From: Actinomycetes bacterium
Lineage (GTDB): Bacteria; Actinomycetota; Thermoleophilia; BMS3ABIN01
NCBI GenBank assembly: GCA_021787475.1
Contig: JAJYLW010000012.1
Location: 3,074 to 67,073, forward strand
Length of the DNA: 64,000 nt
Direction: 5' to 3'
The notes below the pieces were generated by a model, which worked only from the letters and a program-made list of their open reading frames with translations, was not told the DNA's origin and did not search any database. Of this stretch, positions 17,968 through 28,151 are shown in pieces (the first letter of the stretch is position 1; the number at the start of each line of letters is the position of its first letter). Position numbers and translations under genes: made by a program.

Positions 17968-19713
17968 ATGAGAATATTTAACCGCGGGAGGCATTACAAA
18001 AAAACTGCGCCTTGGAAGAGGATTATCAGGTGGACCGTCCTTTCTCTTCTGGCGACGATAATCATTGTCGGCCTCGCCGGCTTTATTTTCGTCTATCGCA
18101 CGCTGGGGAAGATTAACCAAAACACCGGCGTCATCGTCCAGGCGCAAAAGTCCCTCGACATTCCCGCACCTGATCAGCCGGAAAATATCCTCGTCATGGG
18201 CGCCGACAAGGACCCGGACGACAACACTCACCGCTCGGACACTATGATGTTGATCCGGGTGAATCCTCAGGGTGACTGTCTCTCGATTCTGTCAATTCCG
18301 CGCGATCTGATCGTCAGCATTCCCGGCCATGGCCAGGACAAGATCAATGCCGCCTACGCCTGGGGAGGCGCTCCTCTGGCGATCCAGACGGTGAAAAAGC
18401 TCACCGGGGAGCCAATCCATCATTTCGTCGTGGTTAATTTTGATGGATTTTCCAAAGCTGTTGACGCCTTGGGCGGCATTTACGTCGACGTTGACCACCG
18501 CTATTTCAATGACAACAGCAATGCTGCGCCCGGGCAGGATTATGACCCGATCGACATTGACCCGGGTTACCAGCGGCTCAACGGCCACGACGCGCTCGCA
18601 TACGTTCGTTTCCGTCATACCGACAGCGATTTTATGCGCATCAAGCGCCAGCAACTCTTCATCCAAGACGCCAAGTCGCAATCACTGCAGTGGGGCAACA
18701 TCACCAAGATTCCGGAGATCGCCGACGCATTTGCCAGCAATACAACTTCGGACATTGGCCGGGAGGAAGTCCTGTCGCTGGCAAAATTTTTGCTGGATCT
18801 CAACAGGAGCCATATCTACCAGGCGCAGGTTCCTGTCAAGGCGACCCCTGACACCGTCCTTCTTGACAAGACCGCCCTTCCCGGAATCCTGCGGCAGTTC
18901 GATTCTCCAACTTTTAAAACGCCGCAGCCAGCGGTTCCCGGCGCGCCGCCGCCCCAGATCCCTTCCGACAACACCAGGAAGCTGTCTATCGAAGTGCTTA
19001 ACGGCAACGGCCAGGCAGGCTTAGCCGCGCTGGCGGCCGGGCTCTTAAAACAAAAGGGCTGCGCCAGCGCCAGCGTCGGCGGCGATGCTATGAACAGCTA
19101 TGCCGACAATGAAATATATTTCCAGAGCGGCCAGGACGCGGCCGCAAACGAGCTGGCTACGCTGTTCAAGCCATGCAAGGTTGAACCGATGCCATCCGGA
19201 CTTTCCAACGCTCAGCTTGTGGTTGTCGTCGGCGCCAATTTCGCCGGCGCCCTCACCGGGCGGCAGCCGACAGTCAAGGCCCCGCTTCATTTTGTCAACA
19301 ACTCCCAGGCCGGGCAGCGCGACTGGGAGGCAGCTTCGCTTCAGCTTCCATTCAAGGTAGAGAAGCCGTCGAGCTTTCCCAAGGAATTCAATTATGCCGA
19401 TGCCGGCTTTCGCACCTACAACATCGACACAGACGACGGCCCCAAACCGGCGCTCAAGGTTGTGGGACAGGATCAGAATGGAGACTACTGGGGCATTATG
19501 GAAACAACCTTTACCGATGCGCCGCTGCTTCAGGCCCCCAGCGTCCAGAAGCAGATCAGCGGCAGGACCTACCGGTTTTACTACGAGGGAGACCAGCTCC
19601 GCTATCTCGCCTGGCAGGACGGCGATGTTGTCTGCTGGATCACAAACTCCCTTCAGGGTTCGCTCGGCGAAGAAACGATGGTTCAGTTGGCAACTTCCTT
19701 TAAGCCCCTGTGA
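17968..19713 (+). CDS. LCP (LytR-CpsA-Psr) family protein with LytR C-terminal domain
   Basis: N-terminal TM, RSDTMML, SIPRD, KINAAY, ALAYVRFRH, RQQ, VLNGNG. Confidence 0.92.
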   Translation: MRIFNRGRHYKKTAPWKRIIRWTVLSLLATIIIVGLAGFIFVYRTLGKINQNTGVIVQAQKSLDIPAPDQPENILVMGADKDPDDNTHRSDTMMLIRVNPQGDCLSILSIPRDLIVSIPGHGQDKINAAYAWGGAPLAIQTVKKLTGEPIHHFVVVNFDGFSKAVDALGGIYVDVDHRYFNDNSNAAPGQDYDPIDIDPGYQRLNGHDALAYVRFRHTDSDFMRIKRQQLFIQDAKSQSLQWGNITKIPEIADAFASNTTSDIGREEVLSLAKFLLDLNRSHIYQAQVPVKATPDTVLLDKTALPGILRQFDSPTFKTPQPAVPGAPPPQIPSDNTRKLSIEVLNGNGQAGLAALAAGLLKQKGCASASVGGDAMNSYADNEIYFQSGQDAAANELATLFKPCKVEPMPSGLSNAQLVVVVGANFAGALTGRQPTVKAPLHFVNNSQAGQRDWEAASLQLPFKVEKPSSFPKEFNYADAGFRTYNIDTDDGPKPALKVVGQDQNGDYWGIMETTFTDAPLLQAPSVQKQISGRTYRFYYEGDQLRYLAWQDGDVVCWITNSLQGSLGEETMVQLATSFKPL

Positions 19714-19828
19714 GCCGCGCCGATAACTGCACCATGTCCTTCCAGCAAATATCCGCCAGGCTGCAGTCGCATCCGACCAATTGGCAGGATTTGACCGACC
19801 CCGAAGCCGGGTTTCCGGGAGGTCACGA

Positions 19829-21124
19829 ATGAACAAAGCCCGGGAATGCATTGGCGTTGTCGGCATCGGTTACGTGGGCCTGGTGACGGCAACCTGCTTG
19901 GCGGAGCTCGGCAACACCGTCGTCTGCATGGATATTGATGTGGAAAAAATCGCCCTGCTGAAGAAAGGCGGCGTTCCCATCTATGAGCCCGGCCTGGCCG
20001 AGCTGATCGGGAAAAACAACGGGCGGATGACTTTTACAACCGCCCTGGAGGATGTACTCCGGCAATGCGAGATCGTCTTTATCGCGGTTGACACACCGCC
20101 CACCAGTACGGGCGACGCCGATTTAAGCCGCGTGTTTGCCGTTGTATCGGCGCTGCCGGGCCTTTCTTCCAGCCATCATGTCCTGGTGATGAAGAGCACG
20201 TTGCCGGTCGGAACCGGCATGAAGATCAGCGTCGAGCTCGCCCGCCAGGAGATGAATAACATCGATTACGTCTCCAACCCCGAGTTCCTCCGCGAAGGCT
20301 CGGCAATCGGCGACTTCCTCAACCCCGACCGCATTATAATTGGATCAAGGGAGGCGGCGGCCAGCCACAAGGTGGCGTCGCTTTACCGGCAAATCAGCGC
20401 GCCCGTACTTGAAACAGGCATTCCCACCGCCGAGATGATCAAGTACGCATCAAACGCTTTCCTGGCAACCAAGATCTCGTTTATCAACGAAATCGCCAAC
20501 GTCTGTGAAGAAATCGGCGCCGATGTTACCGAGGTTGCCCGGGGAATGGGATATGACAAACGGATTGGCAGCCATTTCCTCAATGCCGGCATCGGCTTCG
20601 GCGGCTCCTGCTTCCCCAAGGACGTGGCGGCGCTAAAGCAGATTGCCGGCAACTCCGGCTATCATTTTCAGCTGCTCACTGCCGTGATCGAGGTAAACGA
20701 GCTGCAAAAACGCCGGGTCGTCAACAAGCTGAAGAAGCACCTGGGGTCACTGACCGACAAGACGATAACCCTGCTCGGCCTGGCATTCAAACCAAACACA
20801 AACGACCTCCGGGAAGCTTCCTCGATCGTGCTTGCCTCCCGGCTGCTTGGGGACGGCGCCTACGTCAAGGCCTATGATCCAGTCGCCATTCCCGATGCCG
20901 CCAGGGCGGTGCGCGGCGTGCTCCTCTGTGACGACACGCTCTCGGCGGTCGAGGACAGCGACGCCGTCGTCCTGGTCACCGAATGGGAAGAGTTTGCCCG
21001 CCTGCCGCTGGCGGAGATGAAGAAGCGGATGCGCCAGCACCTAATCATCGACGGCCGCAATTTCCTCGATCCGGCCGAAGTAAAATCAGCCGGTTTCACG
21101 TACGAAGGGATTGGAAGAAGCTAG
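19829..21124 (+). CDS. ugd: UDP-glucose/GDP-mannose dehydrogenase
   Basis: GIGYVG, NPEFLREG, KYASNAFLA, GFGGSCFPKD, FKPNTNDLRE. Confidence 0.94.
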   Translation: MNKARECIGVVGIGYVGLVTATCLAELGNTVVCMDIDVEKIALLKKGGVPIYEPGLAELIGKNNGRMTFTTALEDVLRQCEIVFIAVDTPPTSTGDADLSRVFAVVSALPGLSSSHHVLVMKSTLPVGTGMKISVELARQEMNNIDYVSNPEFLREGSAIGDFLNPDRIIIGSREAAASHKVASLYRQISAPVLETGIPTAEMIKYASNAFLATKISFINEIANVCEEIGADVTEVARGMGYDKRIGSHFLNAGIGFGGSCFPKDVAALKQIAGNSGYHFQLLTAVIEVNELQKRRVVNKLKKHLGSLTDKTITLLGLAFKPNTNDLREASSIVLASRLLGDGAYVKAYDPVAIPDAARAVRGVLLCDDTLSAVEDSDAVVLVTEWEEFARLPLAEMKKRMRQHLIIDGRNFLDPAEVKSAGFTYEGIGRS

Positions 21125-22230
21125 AACCTGATCGTCCCCGCCTTTATCACCGTTCCCGGATAGACGCGGATGTTGTTGGCAAGGACGTTGTTCCCCTCGA
21201 CAGTGGCTTCCTCGCCGACCACCGCCCCGGCCGTCACCACGGTCCCCGGACCAATCTGCGCGCCACGGGCAATAATGCTGCGCCTGACTGTTACATCTTC
21301 TTCCAGCATTGAGTCAGCCTGAATGACCGACTCCTCAACGACGCTGCCGGTTCCGACCACGCAGCCGGGGCCAATCACGGCCATCCGCCCGACGCGAGCG
21401 CCTGAGTTAATCACGGAGCCGGCCCCGATTATCACCGGCGGCACAAGCTTTGCGCCCGCCTCCAGGCGCACATCTCCCTCCACGCAGACATAATCCTCGT
21501 TCAGGCAGACTGACACGGCAGTGCGGACATTTTTTTCGAGGATGTCATAATGCGCCTGCAGGTACTTTTCCGGCGTACCGATATCCATCCAGTAGGAATC
21601 GCTGCTGAACCCGAATAGCCCCCCGCCCACAAGCCTGGGGAAAACACCCCGCTCGAACGAGTATTCCACGCCCGCCGGAATCATGTCCAGCACCTCTGCC
21701 TTAAGCGCGTACGTGCCTGCATTTATCAAGTTGGTGTCAATCTGGTCCCAGCTCGGCTTCTCCAGAAACCCAAGCACTTCTCCTTCCGCGCCGGTGCGCA
21801 CAAGACCGTAAGCGGTTGGGTCGTCCACCGGCGTTAGGGAAATGGTGCCGCTGGCTCCTTTTTGCCGGTGAAATTCCACCAGGGCGCGCAGGTCGAGGTC
21901 CGTGAGGATGTCGCCGTTTAACACCAGGAAATCGCCGTCCTGGATATGCTGTTCCACATTCTTGACCGCCCCGGCCGTGCCGAGCGGATGATCCTCGACC
22001 GCATACGTCAGCTTTATTCCGAAATCCGAGCCGTCGCCAAAATAGGACTTGATGCCGTCGGGAAGATAGCCCATCGAGAAAACGACCTCATTGACGCCGT
22101 TCTGCCGCAGATGCTCGAGCACGTAAGACACAAACGGCTTGTTCGCCAGAGGCACCATCGGTTTGGGGACGCCCACAGTCAAAGGGCGCAGCCGCGTTCC
22201 CTGGCCGCCGACGAGGATGACGGCCTTCAC
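21121..22230 (-). CDS. NDP-sugar pyrophosphorylase (mannose-1-phosphate guanylyltransferase-like)
   Basis: GGQGTRLRPLT..PKP, LGTAGA, NGD, FLEKP, WMDIGTP, C-terminal hexapeptide repeats. Confidence 0.9.
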   Translation of the reverse strand: MKAVILVGGQGTRLRPLTVGVPKPMVPLANKPFVSYVLEHLRQNGVNEVVFSMGYLPDGIKSYFGDGSDFGIKLTYAVEDHPLGTAGAVKNVEQHIQDGDFLVLNGDILTDLDLRALVEFHRQKGASGTISLTPVDDPTAYGLVRTGAEGEVLGFLEKPSWDQIDTNLINAGTYALKAEVLDMIPAGVEYSFERGVFPRLVGGGLFGFSSDSYWMDIGTPEKYLQAHYDILEKNVRTAVSVCLNEDYVCVEGDVRLEAGAKLVPPVIIGAGSVINSGARVGRMAVIGPGCVVGTGSVVEESVIQADSMLEEDVTVRRSIIARGAQIGPGTVVTAGAVVGEEATVEGNNVLANNIRVYPGTVIKAGTIRF

Positions 22231-22248
22231 TGGACCGCCCGGATGACG

Positions 22249-22283
22249 TTGCGTTTCGCGTTTCGCGTTTGGTGTTTCGCGTT
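22249..22283 (-). repeat. 7-bp-period array (AACGCGA on minus strand, x5)
   Basis: ttgcgtt tcgcgtt tcgcgtt tggtgtt tcgcgtt. Confidence 0.8.
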
Positions 22284-22321
22284 GATGATCATCTGGTCCC
22301 AGTTTGGAAGAAAATTAGATG

Positions 22322-22828
22322 CTACGCCGTGGCATATCCCAGGTACCGCCGCCACGACCGACGGATCTCCAAAACCGCCAGCTGGATGAAAGCAAACGGG
22401 GCAGGAGGCCGGGGATTTGTGCGCGGGTGCATGCCAGCTTCACGGGGCAGCCTGTCCCCTTTGCGGGCGTTGCAGGGGGCGCAGGAAGTTACAATATTGT
22501 CCCAGGTCGTGGCGCCGCCGCGGCTTTTCGGGACAACATGATCGATCGTCAGGTGAGCGCGCGAGCCGCAGTACTGGCACGAATGATTATCGCGCGCAAG
22601 GACGGCGCGGCGCGAAACCTTGCGCATCTCGGCGCGCGGCACTTTGACAAAATAGTTCAGCTTGATGACATCGGGAAGGGGGTGAGAGTTGGCAGCAGAA
22701 TGAAAAAACCGCCCCGAAGTCTCGAGCGCCTCCGCCTTTTGCTTAAACATCAGCACAATGGCTCTTTTTGCCGTGCATATATTCAAGGGCTCATAGGTAG
22801 CGTTCAGAACCAATACATCATCCCTCAA
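22322..22828 (-). CDS. HNH endonuclease family protein
   Basis: VLVLNATYEP, RDNHSCQYCG, TIDHVVPKSRGG, CAPCNARK. Confidence 0.92.
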   Translation of the reverse strand: MRDDVLVLNATYEPLNICTAKRAIVLMFKQKAEALETSGRFFHSAANSHPLPDVIKLNYFVKVPRAEMRKVSRRAVLARDNHSCQYCGSRAHLTIDHVVPKSRGGATTWDNIVTSCAPCNARKGDRLPREAGMHPRTNPRPPAPFAFIQLAVLEIRRSWRRYLGYATA

Positions 22829-22982
22829 TTGAACAGTTCCTTTCCTTCTATCATACAGCCAGGATCTCGCCGGCGGGAGCCGCCCAGCCTGGCAAAATTG
22901 TAGCCTGCGGCGGCATCAACGGCAAGGACAAATGGGCCGCGGCACAAGGATTATTATAGAGTGGGCGTGTTAAAATCAGGTT

Positions 22983-24306
22983 ATGGGAAACCAAAAGCTT
23001 TTTGACCTGCAAAAGGACGATATTTATGAAAAAAGCGCGCCGTTGGCGTTTCGAATGCGCCCGGCCGGCCTGGAAGAATTTGCGGGGCAGGAAAAAGATC
23101 ATCGCCCCCGGGAGCGCTCTGTGGCAGGCAATTGAAGCCGACCGCCTGCCCTCAATGATTTTTTTCGGCCCGCCCGGCACCGGCAAAACCAGCCTGGCGC
23201 GAATCATCGCCCTAAAAACCAGGGCAAATTTCCACCAGGTGAGCGCGGTCAGCTCCGGGGTGGCCGAGCTGCGCCGGATATTTGCGGAAGCCGAAGACGA
23301 GCTTGGTCTCCATCAAAGACCGACTATCCTTTTTATTGATGAAATCCACCGGTTCAGCAAAGCCCAGCAGGACGCGCTGCTTCCAATGGTTGAGAGCGGC
23401 GTCATTACCCTGATCGGGGCGACGACGGAGAATCCATATTTTGAAGTGACCGGACCGCTAATCAGCCGCTGCGAGCTGTTCGAGTTTCTTCCCCTTGGAG
23501 CGGAGGCAATCCGGACTATTACCGGGCGCGCCCTTAAGGACTCCGGCCGCGGGCTGGGGAAAACGGGTCTAAAGCTGGATCGCCGGGGACTGGACGAGAT
23601 TGTCCGGGCGTCTGCCGGCGATGCGCGCGCGGCCCTGATCATTCTTGAGGCCGCCGCTGCGCTCCTTCCTCCCGGCAAAAAGGGCGTCATTCCACTGGCG
23701 ATCATCAATGAAGCAATCCGCCACAAACCTGTTTTTTATCAAAAAGGGGGAGACCTTCACTATGATGCAATCTCCGCTTTTATCAAAAGCATGCGTGGCA
23801 GCGATGCTGATGCGGCCCTTTATTGGCTGGCGGTGATGCTGGCCGGCGGCGAAGACCCCAAGTTTATTGCCCGCCGCATGGTTATCTTTGCTTCCGAGGA
23901 CGTCGGCAACGCCGATCCCCAGGCGCTCCTGGTCGCAACTGCCGTGTCCCGGGCTGTCGAGTTCGTCGGACTGCCCGAGTGCCAGCTCAACATGGCCCAG
24001 GGAACCGTCTACCTGGCCCTGGCGCCGAAGAGCAATTCCGCCACCACAGCGATTGGCGCGGCCATGGCCGATGTCGAAGCCGGGGGAACCATGCGCCCGC
24101 CGAAGCACCTGCGCGACTCGCATTATCCCGGCGCAAGGAAGCTGGGGCATGGAACAGGCTACAAGTATCCCCATAACTTTCCCGGCGGTTATGTCAAGCA
24201 GGATTATCTGCCCCCTGGCATGGAACGCCGCGTTTACTACCATCCAACAGGCCGCGGGTTTGAGAAAGAACTCCGGCGGAGACTTAAGGAACTGAAAGGA
24301 AAATAG
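22983..24306 (+). CDS. rarA: Replication-associated recombination protein RarA/MgsA, with a +1 frameshift at about 23092-23096
   Basis: ATG 22983 frame gives APLAFRMRPAGLEEFAGQEK; next frame continues IIAPG...GPPGTGKT, DEIHRF, ATTENP, SAFIKSMRGSD, SEDVG. Confidence 0.88.
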
Positions 24307-24395
24307 TAAAAAAGGCTGAACGCCGCCGGTTTTTCCATTCTTTCATTTTACCGAAACAGATATTAAGATGGACCCATCGCAAACGGAGGTCTAAA

Positions 24396-25145
24396 GTGCC
24401 CAAATTATCCAGATTTCTTCTTGGCGGCGCCGTGGGCGCCGGCCTGGCGCTTTTGTTCGCGCCAAAACCGGGGCGGGAACTGCGGCGGATGTTGATGGGG
24501 GGCGGGCGGCGGATGCTGCCGTCCCCGGAAACGGAAAGCGTTGACATTCCCCCGACAATTGACAGGGCGAGCCTGGAGTCGAGGATAGAGGAAACCCGCC
24601 AGCAACTGGCAACCCAACTGGGTCAGGAAGAGGCGGCCGGTGCGGCCGAGGAGGAAGCCAAAGAAGAACTTGAGGCCGTGGCCCAGGCGGCCGAAGAAGA
24701 AGATTTCGTGGTCGAGGAAGCCCCGCCAGAGGCGCAAACTCGGGAAAGAGAAGCCGCGGAAACCGGTGCGGCCGGTGCCGGGGAAGCAGCTTCAGCCGAG
24801 CCATGGGAAGAAGAAATCGCGGCGCTTAAAACTCCGGCTGCCGGCGAGCCGGATCATGAGGGAACCGTCAAGAAAGAAGAACCGGTAAAGGAGGAAGAAC
24901 ACTCTGCCGAAGCGCCGGCGAATGCTCTGCCGGAGCCTTCAGGCTTCGACCAGGAAGAGATGCGGCGGCGCATTGACGCCACGCGGGCCCGCCTTAAGGC
25001 CAAGGCCTTCGATACGATGGTAAGCGGAGAAACGTTCATCGAAACGGAAGCCGACAAAGCCGCAAAGACAGAAAAACCGGCCGGTCCCCGGCTTGAAGAA
25101 GACATCGAAAAACAGATCGACGAATCGCTGAAGGAACAAGATTAA
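24396..25145 (+). CDS. YtxH-domain protein, acidic, with two RIxxTRxxL motifs
   Basis: FLLGGAVGAGLALLFAPKPGRELR; ESRIEETRQQL; RRIDATRARLKAK. Confidence 0.75.
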   Translation: MPKLSRFLLGGAVGAGLALLFAPKPGRELRRMLMGGGRRMLPSPETESVDIPPTIDRASLESRIEETRQQLATQLGQEEAAGAAEEEAKEELEAVAQAAEEEDFVVEEAPPEAQTREREAAETGAAGAGEAASAEPWEEEIAALKTPAAGEPDHEGTVKKEEPVKEEEHSAEAPANALPEPSGFDQEEMRRRIDATRARLKAKAFDTMVSGETFIETEADKAAKTEKPAGPRLEEDIEKQIDESLKEQD

Positions 25146-25193
25146 GCGGATTCTTGATGCCGGCTGCCGAAATTCCGTGAAACGGTCCCGGTT

Positions 25194-25892
25194 CTATGTA
25201 TCGCGATCAGCGGCTTTTGGCAGGTCAAGCGGCCGGCGGAAATAATTCTCCAACTCCGGCCACGAAACCCGTCCCCTCCCGGCCACAACTTCAAAAAAGC
25301 CTTTCACGCGAGCGTCAAGATTATCGACATGGTGAAGCACCAGCGACTCGGCGTTCAGAGGGCGCTTGGGGGCCCCCCATTCAAGCTCGCCGTGATGACT
25401 GATTACAGCATGGATGAGCTTTAACTCCTTCTCGCGGGGAAAGCCCCGGGGGAGCGCGGCGATTTTCCGTTCTATCATCCGCTCGCCGATAAGGATGTGC
25501 CCGAGCAGCTCTCCCCGGCGGCTGGTTCTGATTCTCTCTTCACAACAAATCTCTTCAACCTTGCCAATGTCGTGCAGGAGGGCGGCGGTTACGAGCAGGT
25601 CCGAGTCCAGACGGGAGTGCTGCACGGCAACGTGCTGGCAAAGCGTGGCAACGGAGAGCGTGTGCTCCAGAAGGCCGCCCAGATAGGCATGGTGCGAGCT
25701 GACATGCCCGGGCGCAAGGACAAACTTTTCCATGAATTCTTCCTGCAGGAAAAATTCGTCCAGCAGGGCGGAGTAATCGCGGTCATAAACCTCAGTCAGA
25801 AAATAACTGAGGAAACCGGCCATCTCCGCGCCGCTTCTGTAGGCGCGCGGAAGCTTTTTCCCCTGCTTCTGGCCGGGCTGCCTGTCGGACAT
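25194..25892 (-). CDS. HD-domain protein, YhaM-like, lacking the N-terminal OB fold
   Basis: HHAYLGGLLEH, LLHDIGK, LLGHI, SHHGELEWG, DNLDA. Confidence 0.85.
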   Translation of the reverse strand: MSDRQPGQKQGKKLPRAYRSGAEMAGFLSYFLTEVYDRDYSALLDEFFLQEEFMEKFVLAPGHVSSHHAYLGGLLEHTLSVATLCQHVAVQHSRLDSDLLVTAALLHDIGKVEEICCEERIRTSRRGELLGHILIGERMIERKIAALPRGFPREKELKLIHAVISHHGELEWGAPKRPLNAESLVLHHVDNLDARVKGFFEVVAGRGRVSWPELENYFRRPLDLPKAADRDT

Positions 25893-25949
25893 ATAAGCAA
25901 TTACTCGTCAACAAACCAAACCGGTAGCATCTTATCACGCCACCAGAGG

Positions 25950-26165
25950 CTATCTCAAAAGGATTTTCGCTGCTTCTTCAGCCTTTTTTCCAGAACCCAG
26001 GGTGCGGTGCGGCCCGCGGAAAACAACGGTGCCGCACTCAATGCAGACGCCGCTGAAATCACCATCCGGAAGCGGCACCCCGGCGCCACACCAGGGGCAC
26101 GAGATATCGACTGCCTGCAGGTTTCTGTGCAGCTGAAATCCACGAAAAGCTGTCTTTGCCTCCAT
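25950..26165 (-). CDS. Small zinc-ribbon protein
   Basis: CPWCG...CIECG; AAGGAAGGA SD-like sequence before ATG 26165. Confidence 0.55.
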   Translation of the reverse strand: MEAKTAFRGFQLHRNLQAVDISCPWCGAGVPLPDGDFSGVCIECGTVVFRGPHRTLGSGKKAEEAAKILLR

Positions 26166-26443
26166 CTTGTGTTCCTTCCTTTCTTTTTTACGCGAATTCA
26201 GGCCTTGGGCCCCTTCTTCTTCTACGCCGTGCCGGGCTATCCTTTTTGATAACTGGTCATCCTCTTCACCCGTGATAATCAAAAAAATAATGATGCGAGG
26301 GGCTTGCCTGGATCTGGCCGCAGAAAAGCCGAAGCGGAGCAAGGAGGACGGCGGCGCCCACGGCGATATGGTAGACTTTTTTGGTGGCTGTCCCGGGAAA
26401 AACCTCAAGTTAGTTTCCAAAACAAAGAAGATTGGGGGGGGAA

Positions 26444-26653
26444 ATGCAGCAAGTTACGCTTAATATTCCGAAAATGTCTTGCGGACACTGCACGATGACC
26501 GTAGAGGGCGCCGGGAGCGCTCTGGCCGGTGTCAGCTCGATAAAAGCCGACCTGGGAACAAAACTAGTGGAAGTCTCCTACGACGAGGACACTGTCACCC
26601 TGGAAGAGATCAGGCAGGCGCTCGCGGCCGCCGGATACCCCCCGGAAGCATGA
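26444..26653 (+). CDS. copZ: Copper chaperone / HMA-domain protein
   Basis: MSCGHC, 69 aa, ALAAAGY. Confidence 0.88.
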   Translation: MQQVTLNIPKMSCGHCTMTVEGAGSALAGVSSIKADLGTKLVEVSYDEDTVTLEEIRQALAAAGYPPEA

Positions 26654-26680
26654 TGAATGCCGGCACGGCATTCATCATGC
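26648..26680. terminator. Perfect 15-bp hairpin between convergent copZ and jag
   Basis: GCATGATGAATGCCG-GCA-CGGCATTCATCATGC; no U-tail. Confidence 0.55.
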
Positions 26681-27418
26681 ATTTCCAGTGAGGATTATTA
26701 CCACCCGCCGGAAGGGCTCGTTGCCCTCGCTCGTTGTCTCTATGCCTTTGTGATCCTGAAGATACATGTGAATGATGCGGCGCTCTGATGCCGTCATCGG
26801 GCTCAGCTCATAGCGCGGTTTGCCTTTCAGAACCTCACTGGCGCCGCGCTCCGCCAGAGACCTTAAAACCTCGCTGCGCCGCACTCGGTAGTCTTCTGCG
26901 TCCACGACTATCCGTTTCCGCCCCTGCATCCCCCGGAAGACGATAATGTTCGCCAGGTACTGGACAGCGTCAATGGTCTGGCCATGCCTGCCAATCAGCA
27001 GTCCAAGACCGTCACCGCTGACATTGGCCACCAGGGCGTCATGCCGGTCAGAAACAGAAACGGATGTGTTAAGCTGAAATCCTTCCAGGACGCGGCTTAA
27101 GTACTGCGCCAGTCTCTCCTCTGCCTCGGCCCCGGCCGGCTCAATTTCTTCCTCGACGAAGGCTTCCTCTTCCGGATGAGGCTGGGGCTCGTCCCGATAA
27201 TATTCCCCATCGGATACCAAGTCCGCGCCCTTCTCGCCGGGGAGCGACGCCTCCACCTGTGCCATCTGGGAGCCAACCCCCAGGAATCCCTTTGAACCCT
27301 CCGAGATAACAACCAGCTCGACTTCGTGCCTCTGAAACGGGCCCGCGATCTCTTCCAGTTTGGCGAGCGCGTCTGCCTGGGCTTCGACCACGGTCTTGCC
27401 GCTACCGATCACTTTCAT
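26675..27418 (-). CDS. jag: Jag/EloR/KhpB RNA-binding protein (Jag-N, KH, R3H)
   Basis: GKTVVEA, KGFLG, LIGRHGQTIDAVQYL, ERRIIH, SEGNEPFRRV; follows yidC. Confidence 0.92.
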   Translation of the reverse strand: MKVIGSGKTVVEAQADALAKLEEIAGPFQRHEVELVVISEGSKGFLGVGSQMAQVEASLPGEKGADLVSDGEYYRDEPQPHPEEEAFVEEEIEPAGAEAEERLAQYLSRVLEGFQLNTSVSVSDRHDALVANVSGDGLGLLIGRHGQTIDAVQYLANIIVFRGMQGRKRIVVDAEDYRVRRSEVLRSLAERGASEVLKGKPRYELSPMTASERRIIHMYLQDHKGIETTSEGNEPFRRVVIILTGNA

Positions 27419-27419
27419 G

Positions 27420-28151
27420 TCAGCGGCGCTTTCTTTTTGATTTTGATTTCTTTGCATGTGAAACGCCTCCGTTTTTCTTGGGAGGCGGCGGCGGGGCGGC
27501 CGGCTCCACCGGCTCCGCGCTGGCCTCCCGGCCTTTGATAACCTCTCTAACAATCAGTTGTTGACCAACCATCAAAATATTCGATGTGGCCCAGAACAGA
27601 ATCGCCCCGGCGGGAAACTTGTAAATCAGAATTCCAAAAAATACCGGCATCCCCAGCATCAGCATCCGTTGCGACTTGTCTGTCGTGGTGGTCAACATCA
27701 GGCTGGAAGCCAGCTGGCTGGCAATATAGATAAGCACGAGGATCAAGTCCGGGTTGTTAATGTTGCTGATCCACAGGAACCCATTGCCCGGCGGCCCGAG
27801 GGGAGAACTTCTGATCATCAGGTACAGCGCCAGCGTAATCGGAAGCTGGATCAGCATCGGCAGGCAGGAGCCAAACGGATTAACCTTGTGCTCCCGGTAA
27901 AGCTTCATGATCTCTTCGTTGAGCTTCTGGCGGTCGTCCTTGAATTTCTTCTGCAGTTCTTTCATCTTTGGCTGCAGCTTCTGCATCGCCCGCATCGAGG
28001 TATATTGCTTGATCGTCAACGGAGTGAGGACCAGCCTGAGGCCGATTGTGAGTACAATAATTGCCAGCGCCCACGACAGGCCGAGGTTGTTATGCAGGTA
28101 GAAAAGGGCCTGCCGGAGCGGCTCGATCAGGAAATTAAGAGCGCTGGTCAT
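27420..28151 (-). CDS. yidC: Membrane protein insertase YidC
   Basis: WALAIIVLT..RL, MQKLQPKMKELQKK, VNPFGSCLPMLIQ, GFLWI. Confidence 0.95.
   Translation of the reverse strand: MTSALNFLIEPLRQALFYLHNNLGLSWALAIIVLTIGLRLVLTPLTIKQYTSMRAMQKLQPKMKELQKKFKDDRQKLNEEIMKLYREHKVNPFGSCLPMLIQLPITLALYLMIRSSPLGPPGNGFLWISNINNPDLILVLIYIASQLASSLMLTTTTDKSQRMLMLGMPVFFGILIYKFPAGAILFWATSNILMVGQQLIVREVIKGREASAEPVEPAAPPPPPKKNGGVSHAKKSKSKRKRR

Noticed and set aside
22902-22917. AGCCTGCGGCGGCATC resembles the 3' end of enterobacterial 6S RNA, upstream of rarA
   Set aside because: Too little intergenic room upstream and no complementary 5' strand visible; likely coincidence
26434-26441. G8 tract before copZ as a phase-variation switch
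   Set aside because: Short, and most simply serves as the ribosome-binding site; no evidence of variability
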